DNA of 37,425 bases, taken from a virus. Lineage: Duplodnaviria; Heunggongvirae; Uroviricota; Caudoviricetes. The notes below the pieces were generated by a model. It ran no database searches, was not told the origin of the DNA, and worked only from the letters and a program-made list of their open reading frames with translations. The position numbers and the translations under genes were made by a program. Positions 24,445 through 34,423 of the stretch are shown here, piece after piece. Position 1 is the stretch's first letter, and every line of letters begins with the position of its first letter. The stretch lies in IMG/VR virus record IMGVR_UViG_2565956616_000008; one strand, written 5' to 3'.

Positions 24445-26772
24445 ATGAGTACCACAACACGAAAATTTAAAACCATTATCACTGATACTGGTGCCAAAAA
24501 ATTAGCTCAGGCAGCCGCGCCAGATGGTAATCCTGTCCGCCTGACTCACATGGCCGTGGGCGACGGTGGCGGCACGTTGCCCACACCAGACAGTAAGCAG
24601 ACCCGTCTGGTGCATGAGGTGTGGCGACATACTGTTAATCGCGTCATCCTGGACGCAACACATCAGAACCGCATTATTGCGGAGCTGGTTATTCCTCCTG
24701 AAACGGGCGGATTCTGGATCCGGGAAATTGGTGTATTTGATGAGCACGGCGATTTGATCGCGGTGGGCAATACTGCCGAAAGTTACAAGCCAGCCGTTGC
24801 CGAAGGATCCGGACGTGCACAAACATTTCGCACCATTCTGACCGTATCCAGCACTGCCACCGTGGCGCTTACCGTGGATAACACCATGGTTATGGCCACA
24901 GTGGATTACGTGAATGACAAACTGAAAGAACATGAACAGTCACGACGTCACCCGGACGCCTCGCTGACCGCAAAAGGCTTTGTTCAACTCAGTAGCGCCA
25001 CCAACAGCACGTCTGAAGCACTGGCCGCAACGCCGAAAGCGGTCAAGGCAGCCTATGACCTTGCTAACGGGAAATATACCGCACAGGACGCCACCACAGC
25101 GCGAAAAGGTCTTGTCCAGCTCAGTAGCGCCACAAACAGCGATTCTGAAACGCTTGCGGCAACGCCAAAGGCGGTAAAGGCAGCATATGACCTCGCTAAC
25201 GGGAAATATACCGCACAGGATGCCACCACAGCGCGAAAAGGTCTTGTCCAGCTCAGTAGCGCCACCAACAGTGATTCTGAAACGCTTGCGGCAACGCCAA
25301 AGGCGGTAAAGGCCGCGTATGACCTTGCTAACGGGAAATACACTGCACAGGATGCCACTACAGCGCGAAAAGGTCTTGTCCAGCTCAGTAGCGCCACCAA
25401 CAGTGATTCTGAAACGCTGGCCGCAACATCAAAAGCGGTGAAGTCTGCCTATGACAATGCTGAAAAACGTCTTAAGAAAGATCAGAACGGTGCGGATATT
25501 CCGGGAAAGGATACCTTCACGAAAAATATCGGTGCCTGTCGTGCTTATAGCGGCGCTTTGAGCACTGAAGCCGGAAACTGGACAACCGCTCAGTTTATTG
25601 AATGGCTGGATTCCCGTGGTGCATTTAATCATCCGTACTGGATGTGCAAAGGCTCATGGTCATATGCAAATAACAAAATCATTACGGATACCGGATGTGG
25701 TGATATCCACCTGGCTGGTTGTGTCGTCGAGGTCATGGGAACTAAATCTGCAATCACTATCCGAGTGACCACGCCGACAACATCAAGTGGTGGCGGTACA
25801 ACCAGCGCGCAATTCACTTACATTAATCATGGGGGCGGCCACTCCCCCGGCTGGCGTCGTGACTGGAATCGTCAGGGCGACTCAATGACCGGAACGATTA
25901 ATCAGGATGGCGGAAGCCAGAATGCCTATATGTCTACGGCCTTATGTTCAGGCACCAGAGGCGGCAAAAAATATCTCAGAAAGTTTCGTGGTGGAGAAGG
26001 AGACACTATCTGGCATGAAACAGTACAGGGCGGGGTAATTCGCTGGGCGACAGGAAACTATGACGCTCAGGAAGAATTATCACTCAGCTCCGCTTATGGT
26101 CTCCGTTCAAGAGGTGAGATTACATCACTCAGTGCTAATGGTCTGCGCATTGCTTATGGCAATTATGGATTCTTTATCAGGAATGATGGCGGCAGCACAT
26201 ATTTAATGCTGACGGCCTCTGGCGATAAATTTGGGACATGGAACGGCTTAAGACCGCTGACTATCAATAACGCCAATGGCGGAGTGTCAATGGGGCATGG
26301 CCTGAGTGTTACAGGTGATATTGTCTCAAGTACCAAAGTACGTGCCGGTAGCGGGAAAAAGTTCACGGTCAGCAGCGGCAATACATCCACGAAGGAAGCC
26401 GCATTCAATTTGTGGGGAAACGCAAGTCGTCCGGTGGTGGCTGAATTAGGTGATGATGCAGGCTGGCATTTTTACAGTCAGAGAAATACAGATAACAGCA
26501 TCACTTTTGCTGTTAACGGGCAGGTATCACCATCTAACTATGGCAACTTTGATTCACGCTATGTCCGGGATATTAGACTTGGTGGTGCGTCATCCTATAA
26601 ACCAGCAAATAACGGTACAACATGGACGCATCAGGCTCCATCTGGTTGCGCATATACCGGGATTATCGTTCAGGATACAGGCTCAAACTCTGCCGATAAT
26701 ATTGGTGGTGTTTATTACAGACCAATTCAAAAAAATATTAATGGTACATGGTATAACGTATCGAGTGTTTGA
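24445..26772 (+). CDS. H: Tail fibre protein
   Basis: 775 aa; conserved P2 gpH-type N-terminus (MSTTTRKFKTIITDTGAKKLAQAA...); repeat-containing middle and variable C-terminus. Confidence 0.9.
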   Translation: MSTTTRKFKTIITDTGAKKLAQAAAPDGNPVRLTHMAVGDGGGTLPTPDSKQTRLVHEVWRHTVNRVILDATHQNRIIAELVIPPETGGFWIREIGVFDEHGDLIAVGNTAESYKPAVAEGSGRAQTFRTILTVSSTATVALTVDNTMVMATVDYVNDKLKEHEQSRRHPDASLTAKGFVQLSSATNSTSEALAATPKAVKAAYDLANGKYTAQDATTARKGLVQLSSATNSDSETLAATPKAVKAAYDLANGKYTAQDATTARKGLVQLSSATNSDSETLAATPKAVKAAYDLANGKYTAQDATTARKGLVQLSSATNSDSETLAATSKAVKSAYDNAEKRLKKDQNGADIPGKDTFTKNIGACRAYSGALSTEAGNWTTAQFIEWLDSRGAFNHPYWMCKGSWSYANNKIITDTGCGDIHLAGCVVEVMGTKSAITIRVTTPTTSSGGGTTSAQFTYINHGGGHSPGWRRDWNRQGDSMTGTINQDGGSQNAYMSTALCSGTRGGKKYLRKFRGGEGDTIWHETVQGGVIRWATGNYDAQEELSLSSAYGLRSRGEITSLSANGLRIAYGNYGFFIRNDGGSTYLMLTASGDKFGTWNGLRPLTINNANGGVSMGHGLSVTGDIVSSTKVRAGSGKKFTVSSGNTSTKEAAFNLWGNASRPVVAELGDDAGWHFYSQRNTDNSITFAVNGQVSPSNYGNFDSRYVRDIRLGGASSYKPANNGTTWTHQAPSGCAYTGIIVQDTGSNSADNIGGVYYRPIQKNINGTWYNVSSV
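24973..25500 (+). repeat. Four in-frame tandem repeats of 132 bp (44 aa) inside the tail fibre gene
   Basis: Copies start at 24973, 25105, 25237 and 25369 (aa unit GLVQLSSATNSDSETLAATPKAVKAAYDLANGKYTAQDATTARK); near-identical DNA, last copy diverging. Confidence 0.85.
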
Positions 26773-26774
26773 TT

Positions 26775-27308
26775 ATGATGCATTTAAAAAATATAAAACC
26801 GGGCAATCCAAAAACAAAAGAACAGTACCTGTTAACTAAAAACTCCGGCGTTGTCTGGTTATTCGCTGAAGATGGTAAAAACTGGTATGAGGAACAAAAG
26901 AACTTTCAGCCAGACACCATAAAGATTGCATATGATGAAAATAATGTCATATGCGACGTGCAAACGGATGTAACTGCAATTTGCCCGGAAGGAAAAAGTG
27001 TTGTCGAGTTGCCTAATATTACAGCAAACCGACGCGCTGATATTTCAGGTAACTGGATGTTTAAAGATGGCTCAGTCATTAAACGTGTGTATACCGAAGA
27101 AGAGCAACGCTTGCAGGCTGAAAACCAGAAACAAAGGTTATTACAGCAGGCCAGAGAAAAAACGCAGTTCTGGCAGACCCAGCTTGCATTAGGGATTATC
27201 AGTGATTCAGATAAGCAACAACTGATGCGCTGGATGCGGTACGTGCAACAAGTTGAGACCACTGATACCACTGAATTACCCGTTACGTTCCCTGATCAAC
27301 CAGAATAA
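26775..27308 (+). CDS. G: Tail fibre assembly chaperone
   Basis: ORF 26769..27308 immediately after H; first ATG at 26775. Confidence 0.75.
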   Translation: MMHLKNIKPGNPKTKEQYLLTKNSGVVWLFAEDGKNWYEEQKNFQPDTIKIAYDENNVICDVQTDVTAICPEGKSVVELPNITANRRADISGNWMFKDGSVIKRVYTEEEQRLQAENQKQRLLQQAREKTQFWQTQLALGIISDSDKQQLMRWMRYVQQVETTDTTELPVTFPDQPE

Positions 27309-27312
27309 ACGA

Positions 27313-27345
27313 AAGGCCCGAATATCGGGCCTTATCGTTATTTCT
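27313..27345. terminator. Bidirectional terminator between convergent G and U
   Basis: GGCCCGA...TCGGGCC hairpin flanked by A-rich sequence on one side and T-rich on the other. Confidence 0.6.
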
Positions 27346-27376
27346 GTTTATCTAACTATTTGTGATTTGCGTTAAA

Positions 27377-27871
27377 TCAGAACAGTCCCTTAACAGAACT
27401 GACCGCACTGTTAAGGGATGACGCCACCTTATCTTTGAAGCCGGACAGCATATCGCTGAACGATGAGGATTGCAGGCGCTCCCGCAAATCCTCATCACAG
27501 CGTTCAAGGGTCAGTGAAAATTCTATCTTTTTCGCCTTACCGTAGCGATCAAACTCGGAACGGATCGTATTCGTTCCGGTCAGGACATACATGCCGTAAA
27601 TCTGCCCGACGCCATCAATCAGAGGCCAGGGCCGTCCTGTATACGCCTGCGTGGTCAGCAGCGACAGCGACATTTCGCCACCTGTAATTTCAGGATAAAG
27701 CACACCAGAAAGAACGATGCGATCATCACCTGCACCGATATACTGCCAGCTTGCTGAACGGTTAACGCGTTCATTTTTCACATGCCGCCAGCTTTTGTTT
27801 TGCTGTAACTGCTGATGCGGCAGCGTGCGCAGCTCAAAAACAAACATGCCGTAGATCATCATCATGGCCAT
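27377..27871 (-). CDS. U: Tail protein U
   Basis: 164 aa; P2 gpU-like (MAMMMIYGMFVFELRTLPHQ...). Confidence 0.8.
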   Translation of the reverse strand: MAMMMIYGMFVFELRTLPHQQLQQNKSWRHVKNERVNRSASWQYIGAGDDRIVLSGVLYPEITGGEMSLSLLTTQAYTGRPWPLIDGVGQIYGMYVLTGTNTIRSEFDRYGKAKKIEFSLTLERCDEDLRERLQSSSFSDMLSGFKDKVASSLNSAVSSVKGLF

Positions 27872-27877
27872 GTCTCC

Positions 27878-30685
27878 TCAATCTTTATCGTAAAAACTGC
27901 CACGCCCGGCACGGGCGCGCCGTTCCATTTCTGCCCTGACCATTTCACCGACCAGTTTCGCCAGTTCGCGGGGATTCTGTGTAACAACGTTATGCAGATG
28001 AACATGAATTTCACCGCCAAATCCGGAGGCAACAGGCTCCCGGTTACGGGAAGTTGCAGGAACTGATGCCACTGGCGATCGTATGGCCTCCGCCACCGGG
28101 CGGGAGCTGGCCGCAACAACAGGGACCAGCGCCGGAGGCAGCGGAGCCGGAACCACGGGTGTGATATTAATTGCGGGGTCAGGCTTACTGACCTGCGCAA
28201 TCTTCCGCTCCTGCCACTCCCCACGAACAGCAAGTGCGTGGGGCAGGTTCTTAAAGACAATATCGCCGGGGCCAATGCGTTTTTTCGTCTCATCAACCAG
28301 CTTACCTGTGTTATCAGCAATTTTGCTGAGTCTGCGTAGCGTACCGGTATTGCTGTCTGTGAGCGGTTTGTTGTCTTTGGGCTTATCACCTCCGGTGCCA
28401 TTGCCATTTTCCACAGGCTTCGGCGGATTGATTTTCGCCAGGTCCCCCTGAAGCAAGGCAACCTTGTCCTGAAGAATGGCCGCACGCTGTGCGTCTTCGA
28501 TTTTCTTGCGCGCCCTTTCCGCTTCATCCGGAAGCACACCGAGCTTTTCAAGTATCCACGCCAGCGTATCCAGCAACATTTTTGCAGGTGTCAGAACAAG
28601 TTGTAACGCACCGCCAAGAACGTTACCGAATATCTCGCCAGCACTGGTACATTTATCCAGCGTTTCCTTGCTGGACTCCATCGGTGACAGCAGCGATTTA
28701 AACCAGTTAAACACCTGGCTGATCCCGCTTCCGATTGCGTCAAAAACAGGACCAAACCGTTCAAAGGTTTCGCGCAACGGGGTCAGCCTTTCCATAATCC
28801 CGCTGAACACTCCGGCAAAAAATGCCCTGATGGGATCCCAGTATTTCCAGATAAGAACGGCAGCTCCGGCAAGCGCAGCCACAATAAGACCAACCGGACT
28901 GAACAACGCCCCGATAGCGCCTCCCAGTAAAGAAACAGAACCCGTCACCATTCCCCACAGCGCAGGCAACACCCTGACGACATTCATTGACCGGGTCAGG
29001 ATGTCAAAACCAAGACGCAGGGTGGCCAGCTTCCCGTAAAGCACCCCAATAACCAGCGACAACGAGCCAATCGTTGCAGTCATTGCCAGCAACGCACCGC
29101 CTGCTATCAGTAGCTGGCGCGTCAGTACCGGATGGGCCTGCGCCAGCGAGGTGATTTTTTCAAGCACCCGTGTGAACCACTGCGTGACAAAACGCAGCGG
29201 ACCGTCAACCAGATCACTGATGCGAATACGAAGACCTTCCCATGCGCTGTCGAGATTTTTCAGGTCCCCATCAAGATTATCGGCCATTACTTTTGCAACG
29301 CGATCGGCCTCTCCCCTTGCCCCCTGCAATTCTCTGGTCAGTTTTTGCAGCTCTCCTGAACCAGCCGCCGCAACAAGCGTCTGCAAACCAACGAACGCCT
29401 CTTCTCCGGCGATGTCCTTGAAGAAGGAGACCTGGTCCACCTGTCCGTATTTTTGTGTCGCCTTATAGAGATCAAGCAGCACATCCTCCATCGGGCGCAT
29501 TTTGCCTCTGGCGTCAGCAACTGACACCCCAAGCTCTTTCAGCGCATCAGCCGCAGCTTTTGGCGGTGATGCAAGGCGGGACAGACTTGCGCGCATGGCC
29601 GTACCAGCATCGCTTCCACGAAGACCATTATTGGCAAGCATCCCGGCCATGGCTGCCGCTTCTTCAAGACTGATACCAAGTTTTGCGGCAACCGGACCGG
29701 TATACTTCATGGTTTCGCCCAGCGCGCGTAAATCAGTATTGGTCCGGGTGAATGCCGCTGTCAGCGTATCGCCAACCCGGTCCATTTGATCGGCTGTCAG
29801 GTTGAACTGTGTGAGGATATTGGAGCCTATATCAGCCGTCTCGCCGAGTTCGACGCCACCTGCCAGCGCCATATTAAGAACACCGGGCAATGCGGCCTGA
29901 ATGGCCTGCGGAGTAAAACCAGCCATTGCCAGAAAGCTCTGCCCACTGGCGGCATCACTCGCAGTAAACTGTGTTTCAGAGCCAAGTTTTAACGCCTGCT
30001 CACGCAGCGCCTTAAACTGCGGGCTGTTTTTGTCGATTCGCGTCAGTGCCTGAACGCGGGACATCTCTTTGCCGAACCCGATCGCAGGCTGCAAAAAACG
30101 CCCGGCAGCATAGCCGCCCGCCGCTGCCGCACCAATTGCCAGCGCACCACCTGTTTTCAGTTTTCCCGCTGTTTCCTGCGCGCGCGAATACCGCTCACGC
30201 GCCCGTGTTACACGCGCAAGCGCCTGCCGTTCGCGTTCAAGCTGGTTGTTGTACTGTTCGGTGCGTCTGATGGCCTGCTGGATGGTGTTATCGCTGCCTG
30301 TCAGGGAAATGCCGTGGCGTTTCAGCTCTCCGCCAAGCTCCCGCATTTTCTGAATTTCCCGTGTGCGCGATTCATTCAGGCGTTCAAGCCGGGTGCTTAA
30401 CTGCTGCATCAGCTTTTGTTGTTTTTCGCTGAGCACTGTACCCGTGCGTTGTAACTGATTAAGGGCGTTAAGCTGGCGTCGTGCTTTCACGATGCCCGCA
30501 TCCGCTTTACTGACAGCGTCACGGGCGCGCTCAAATGATCGCGCCTGACGCTCGAGATTTTTGATCGCCCCCTGCGTTCGCTGGATGGAGTCACCAAACT
30601 GCCCCATCAGGCGGCGGGCGTTTTCGGCAGGCCGGGTCAGCCTGTCAACGGCGCTGAAAGCGACCCGGATATCAAGAGTCTTCAT
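27878..30685 (-). CDS. T: Tail tape measure protein
   Basis: Long (about 935 aa) Ala-rich ORF with coiled-coil N-terminal half and hydrophobic middle; exact start uncertain (ATG 30685 or 30694; track gives a GTG at 30721). Confidence 0.85.
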   Translation of the reverse strand: MKTLDIRVAFSAVDRLTRPAENARRLMGQFGDSIQRTQGAIKNLERQARSFERARDAVSKADAGIVKARRQLNALNQLQRTGTVLSEKQQKLMQQLSTRLERLNESRTREIQKMRELGGELKRHGISLTGSDNTIQQAIRRTEQYNNQLERERQALARVTRARERYSRAQETAGKLKTGGALAIGAAAAGGYAAGRFLQPAIGFGKEMSRVQALTRIDKNSPQFKALREQALKLGSETQFTASDAASGQSFLAMAGFTPQAIQAALPGVLNMALAGGVELGETADIGSNILTQFNLTADQMDRVGDTLTAAFTRTNTDLRALGETMKYTGPVAAKLGISLEEAAAMAGMLANNGLRGSDAGTAMRASLSRLASPPKAAADALKELGVSVADARGKMRPMEDVLLDLYKATQKYGQVDQVSFFKDIAGEEAFVGLQTLVAAAGSGELQKLTRELQGARGEADRVAKVMADNLDGDLKNLDSAWEGLRIRISDLVDGPLRFVTQWFTRVLEKITSLAQAHPVLTRQLLIAGGALLAMTATIGSLSLVIGVLYGKLATLRLGFDILTRSMNVVRVLPALWGMVTGSVSLLGGAIGALFSPVGLIVAALAGAAVLIWKYWDPIRAFFAGVFSGIMERLTPLRETFERFGPVFDAIGSGISQVFNWFKSLLSPMESSKETLDKCTSAGEIFGNVLGGALQLVLTPAKMLLDTLAWILEKLGVLPDEAERARKKIEDAQRAAILQDKVALLQGDLAKINPPKPVENGNGTGGDKPKDNKPLTDSNTGTLRRLSKIADNTGKLVDETKKRIGPGDIVFKNLPHALAVRGEWQERKIAQVSKPDPAINITPVVPAPLPPALVPVVAASSRPVAEAIRSPVASVPATSRNREPVASGFGGEIHVHLHNVVTQNPRELAKLVGEMVRAEMERRARAGRGSFYDKD

Positions 30686-30908
30686 TGTCTGCATTCCCGC
30701 TACGAAGTGCCGCCCGCTCACGCCAGCTAACCACTTCGCCGGGCGTCATCATGAAGATTTCGGCGGGCGACCAGTTAAAAATGGCGGCAATATCCGCCAC
30801 CAGATCTTCGATGTGCTCAAAGCACACCAGGGTGATTACGCTGCCGTCTCCTGCACGCTCTTCGCGCCAGAGTCTGGCTCGCTCATAAAATTTACAGCCA
30901 CAGCGCAC
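30672..30908 (-). CDS. E' extension frame of the tail assembly chaperone (E+E' product by -1 frameshift)
   Basis: ORF in the -1 frame overlapping the 3' end of E (30836..30908), as for P2 E/E'; candidate slippery heptamer A_AAT_TTT in the overlap. Confidence 0.55.
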   Translation of the reverse strand: MRCGCKFYERARLWREERAGDGSVITLVCFEHIEDLVADIAAIFNWSPAEIFMMTPGEVVSWRERAALRSGNADNEDS

Positions 30909-31210
30909 AACTGAATAAAATCGCGTGACGACATTTTTTTAATCATCACTTCATCCAGTCGTGGCGAGGTCACGCGAGGCAACAGCGTGAACATGGTATC
31001 CGCTTTCAGATTCAGCACATCAGACAGCGACAGACCACGCAGGGATCCAGCCTGCTCAATAGCCCCGGTGATCTCCACATACGTGATTTTTTCGCCACCA
31101 CGCTCAATTGGTCGGGTCAGTTTTACGCCACGTTCGACAGCCATATCCTCAACTGCCGTCACATTATCCGCCACGGTGTTATTCCGGGTTTCAGTATCGA
31201 TGTCTTTCAT
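30836..31210 (-). CDS. E: Tail assembly chaperone E
   Basis: 124 aa; position between tube and tape measure genes; AAGGAG upstream. Confidence 0.8.
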   Translation of the reverse strand: MKDIDTETRNNTVADNVTAVEDMAVERGVKLTRPIERGGEKITYVEITGAIEQAGSLRGLSLSDVLNLKADTMFTLLPRVTSPRLDEVMIKKMSSRDFIQLCAVAVNFMSEPDSGAKSVQETAA

Positions 31211-31265
31211 CTGTTGTCTCCTTTTCAGTCAGAGGCGACGCACTGCGCCGCCAGCATATTACTTA

Positions 31266-31778
31266 TCAGCCAAGCCCAAGCGCGGAACGGATGCGATCGG
31301 GCACAATGTCCTTGCCGTCCTTCCGGTAAATGAAGTTCAGCAGGTCAATCTCCCACAACGGGCGATCGTTAACACTCAGCTTGTAGTAGGTGTTTTTAAT
31401 GGCGTAAGTGTGTGATGTGGCTTCGCCCTGTTTGGCTTCCCCCATATCAATTTCCGTCACACGTCCGCGCATTTCGACTTCATACAGGTCGCTTTCTGCA
31501 TCGGTGTAGTATTCACCCGCAAAACGCAGCAGCGTGCCGTCAATCGTGCCGCCATACTTAAGGAACAGCTCACGAACTGCGCCCCCCATGACAAAGCTCG
31601 CATCAAGCGCGGAGTCGTCCAGACCGAGATCAATACTTACCGCACCCATCATGCCACCACCCCGGTAGCTGTCGGTTTTGCGCGTCAGCTTAGGCAGAGT
31701 GACGGACGTCACCTTACCCACTTCGTTTTCACCATCCACAAACAGCGTAAAAAAGCGAAGATGTTTTGGCACAGCCAT
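31266..31778 (-). CDS. FII: Tail tube protein
   Basis: 170 aa; follows the sheath gene with overlapping stop/start. Confidence 0.85.
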   Translation of the reverse strand: MAVPKHLRFFTLFVDGENEVGKVTSVTLPKLTRKTDSYRGGGMMGAVSIDLGLDDSALDASFVMGGAVRELFLKYGGTIDGTLLRFAGEYYTDAESDLYEVEMRGRVTEIDMGEAKQGEATSHTYAIKNTYYKLSVNDRPLWEIDLLNFIYRKDGKDIVPDRIRSALGLG

Positions 31779-32962
31779 CAGGCACCTCCCAGCACCGCAA
31801 ATGCGGGTTCAAAGTATTCATCAGTAAACGTCTGGTAAAGCTCCATGTCTTCCAGTGGCGGAACGGGCGTATATTTGTAGCGAATACGCACACGTCCCTG
31901 ACGTAAATCCGTGGTGCTGTTATCCACCACGTCATACCAGCACTCCGCGCCAATCAGTTTCCCGGCAGTCACCAGTGAATCCAGTTTTGCCCTGATGGCA
32001 CTGATAACATCCTTCACATTCGCAGGCGTCAGTGGACTGTCGATGGTTTCAAACTGCGCTTCCGCAATTGAATCAGCCAGCACCTGTGCGGTTCGGGTAT
32101 ACACCTCAAAGATGTAGGCGTTCGTTTCCGGTGTGCGGTTACCCCAGAAGCGGAACCCGTTGCGACGAATAATGGTCGTGATTTCTTTGTTGTTGAGGCT
32201 GTTGGCATCGCTGTCTTCGGCCTGCAACGACCAGAACACATGCCTGGACATTCCCAGCACATTTTTAACCGGAACGTTGGACAGCGATTTGTGCCAGCCC
32301 TGCTCATGGTCAATGTACGCACGAAGGCCGCACGCATAAGCAGGCGCGGGGAACGTTTCGTTTTTGCCACTTTTCGGGTTGTAGGCGATGAAGTCAGGCC
32401 ATAAGAGCATCACCTCACGTTCGTTGAATTTCTGGCGGTAGGTAATCGCCTCAGCCATCGTGTTACAACCATGACATGTGGCATACACAAACGCGCGCAG
32501 TTTACCTGCAATCACGCACAGGGATTTTGTTACCGCCTCCGTGTCCAGCTCCGGCGCGGCCAGAATACGCGGACGGTATCCGATGCTTTCATCCTGCTCT
32601 GCAACAAGCAGCGCATACATCCCCGTATAGCTGCCGTCATCCTCAGAACCACCGATAACCAGTTGATCCTGCGTCTTTCCGTCTTCTTCTTTGTGTTCAG
32701 CCACGCGAACGACGATCACCTTTGTGCTCACCTGGTCTGCGATGGCCTTAAGCGCACGATAAAGCGTCCCCGTTGTTCCGCATTTTCCCAGCACGTCATT
32801 GACGCGGGTCAGCAGTGTGGGCTTGTTCAGCGGGAACAGCTCCGCGTCCGCATCATCCGCCGTTGCCACGATACCGATAACGCTGGAATCAACATCGTTA
32901 ATCGCTGTTACCAGGTCGGTATTTTCCGTAACACGGGCACCATGAAAACGAGTTTCACTCAT
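31778..32962 (-). CDS. FI: Tail sheath protein
   Basis: 394 aa; segments FPLNKP, RAF, WPDF, GWHK.LSN, RR.GFRFWGNRT match P2 gpFI as recalled; AAGGGG upstream. Confidence 0.9.
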   Translation of the reverse strand: MSETRFHGARVTENTDLVTAINDVDSSVIGIVATADDADAELFPLNKPTLLTRVNDVLGKCGTTGTLYRALKAIADQVSTKVIVVRVAEHKEEDGKTQDQLVIGGSEDDGSYTGMYALLVAEQDESIGYRPRILAAPELDTEAVTKSLCVIAGKLRAFVYATCHGCNTMAEAITYRQKFNEREVMLLWPDFIAYNPKSGKNETFPAPAYACGLRAYIDHEQGWHKSLSNVPVKNVLGMSRHVFWSLQAEDSDANSLNNKEITTIIRRNGFRFWGNRTPETNAYIFEVYTRTAQVLADSIAEAQFETIDSPLTPANVKDVISAIRAKLDSLVTAGKLIGAECWYDVVDNSTTDLRQGRVRIRYKYTPVPPLEDMELYQTFTDEYFEPAFAVLGGA

Positions 32963-33119
32963 AGCTTCAGCCCCTTGTATCCGTTAAATGATTCGGCAAC
33001 AATCATCACCCACCACGCGCGTAATCTCACCCCTGCGCCGTTCTCCCGACCCGGCGACAACAAAAAGCAGTAACCCCCTCCGCACACACATGCGACCATG
33101 CCGCACAGGGAGGGAGCAG

Positions 33120-34229
33120 ATGACCGACACCACCATGCAATTGCTCAGCCAGGGCACAGACCCCGTAAAAATGCCGGATTTTGATATTCTCGCGGAGGGT
33201 AAAACGCTGTCCGGCGTGGCAGAGCGCCTGATGAGCCTGTCGCTGACCGACAACCGGGGATTTGAGGCAGACCAGCTCACCATCACGCTGGATGATGCGG
33301 ATGGTCAGTTGCAGCTACCGCCACGGGGCGCGCGCCTGACGGTTCTCATTGGCTGGAAAGGCGAACCGCTGACAGAAAAAGGGTCTTACATTGTTGATGA
33401 AATCGCTCACGAAGGACCGCCGGACAGGCTGACTGTTTCAGCCAGAAGCGCAGATTTTCGGGATGAATTTAACGTTAAACGTGAGGTGTCCTGGCATGAT
33501 GTGACCGTTGAGCGCGTGGTATCCGCCATCGCTCATCGGTACGGTCTGAAACCGCAAATCAGCGAAATGCTGATGGATATCGAAATCGACCACGCCGACC
33601 AGACCGAAGAAAGCGACATGTCCTTTCTTACGCGCATGGCGGAAATGCTGGGCGCAATCACCACGGTAAAAAGCGGTAATCTGTTATTCATTATGCCAGG
33701 CGGTGGCGTGAACGCACAGGGCCAGCCGTTGCCCTCGTTCGCCATTACACGCAGCAGCGGCGATCGCCATCAGTTCCGTATTGCTGACCGCGAGGCGTAT
33801 ACGGGGGTACGCGCCTACTGGCTTGATCTTAATTACGGGAAAAAGAAAAAAGTCAGCGTGAAACGCCGTAAACCGCCAAAACCCAAAAAGGAGAAAAGCA
33901 GCAGCCGTGAAGGTGATTATATGGAAGGCGCGGAAGGCAATGTGTTTGTGTTACGCAAGACTTATCAGAACGAGCAGGCAGCAAGACGCGCAGCGGCGGC
34001 AAAGTGGCAGCAGCTACAACGCGGAGCCGCATCATTCTCCATCACGCTGGCGCGTGGACGTGCAGAACTCTACCCTGAAATGCATGGCACGGTGACAGGC
34101 TTTAAAAGTGACATCGACAATCAGGACTGGATTATTGCAAAAGCCGAGCACACCATTGATAACAGCGGCTTTACCACGCAGCTTGAGCTTGAAGCAAAAA
34201 TCCCAGAATGGATAGCAGAAACAGAGTAA
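33120..34229 (+). CDS. D: Late control / tail protein D
   Basis: P2 gpD family features (MQLLSQ...LSLTDNRG.EADQL.I.LDD.DG); ATG at 33120 preceded by GGGAGGGAG (track ORF starts further upstream). Confidence 0.85.
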   Translation: MTDTTMQLLSQGTDPVKMPDFDILAEGKTLSGVAERLMSLSLTDNRGFEADQLTITLDDADGQLQLPPRGARLTVLIGWKGEPLTEKGSYIVDEIAHEGPPDRLTVSARSADFRDEFNVKREVSWHDVTVERVVSAIAHRYGLKPQISEMLMDIEIDHADQTEESDMSFLTRMAEMLGAITTVKSGNLLFIMPGGGVNAQGQPLPSFAITRSSGDRHQFRIADREAYTGVRAYWLDLNYGKKKKVSVKRRKPPKPKKEKSSSREGDYMEGAEGNVFVLRKTYQNEQAARRAAAAKWQQLQRGAASFSITLARGRAELYPEMHGTVTGFKSDIDNQDWIIAKAEHTIDNSGFTTQLELEAKIPEWIAETE

Positions 34230-34423
34230 ACAACTTAGATGCATTAGCCCTGACATTTGCTAACGCGCCTACAGCAAGAATCATAATCAATCTGACAGCC
34301 TACCCGGTGTCAAAATCAGAAGTACCTTACATTAGAATATGTTAATTTGTAGCAAACAAATTTACACACAAATAATTACTGCTGAAATAGCGCCCCATAA
34401 ATGCCATGTCAGAGGACCATGTT

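Noticed and set aside
24973-25500. CRISPR array
   Set aside because: The repeats are 132 bp, contiguous without spacers, in-frame and coding within the tail fibre gene; no cas genes nearby.
27862-30270. Several 60-230-aa ORFs in both orientations inside the tape measure region
   Set aside because: All overlap the long tape measure ORF in alternative frames; typical of GC-rich, Ala-rich coding sequence.
27365-32990. Shared CGTTAAAT 8-mer at both junctions of the inverted tail block as a recombination footprint
   Set aside because: It is a direct rather than inverted match and an 8-bp coincidence is plausible by chance between two AT-rich junctions.
32471-33073. 200-aa plus-strand ORF
   Set aside because: Antisense to the tail sheath gene and runs into the divergent intergenic region; shadow ORF.
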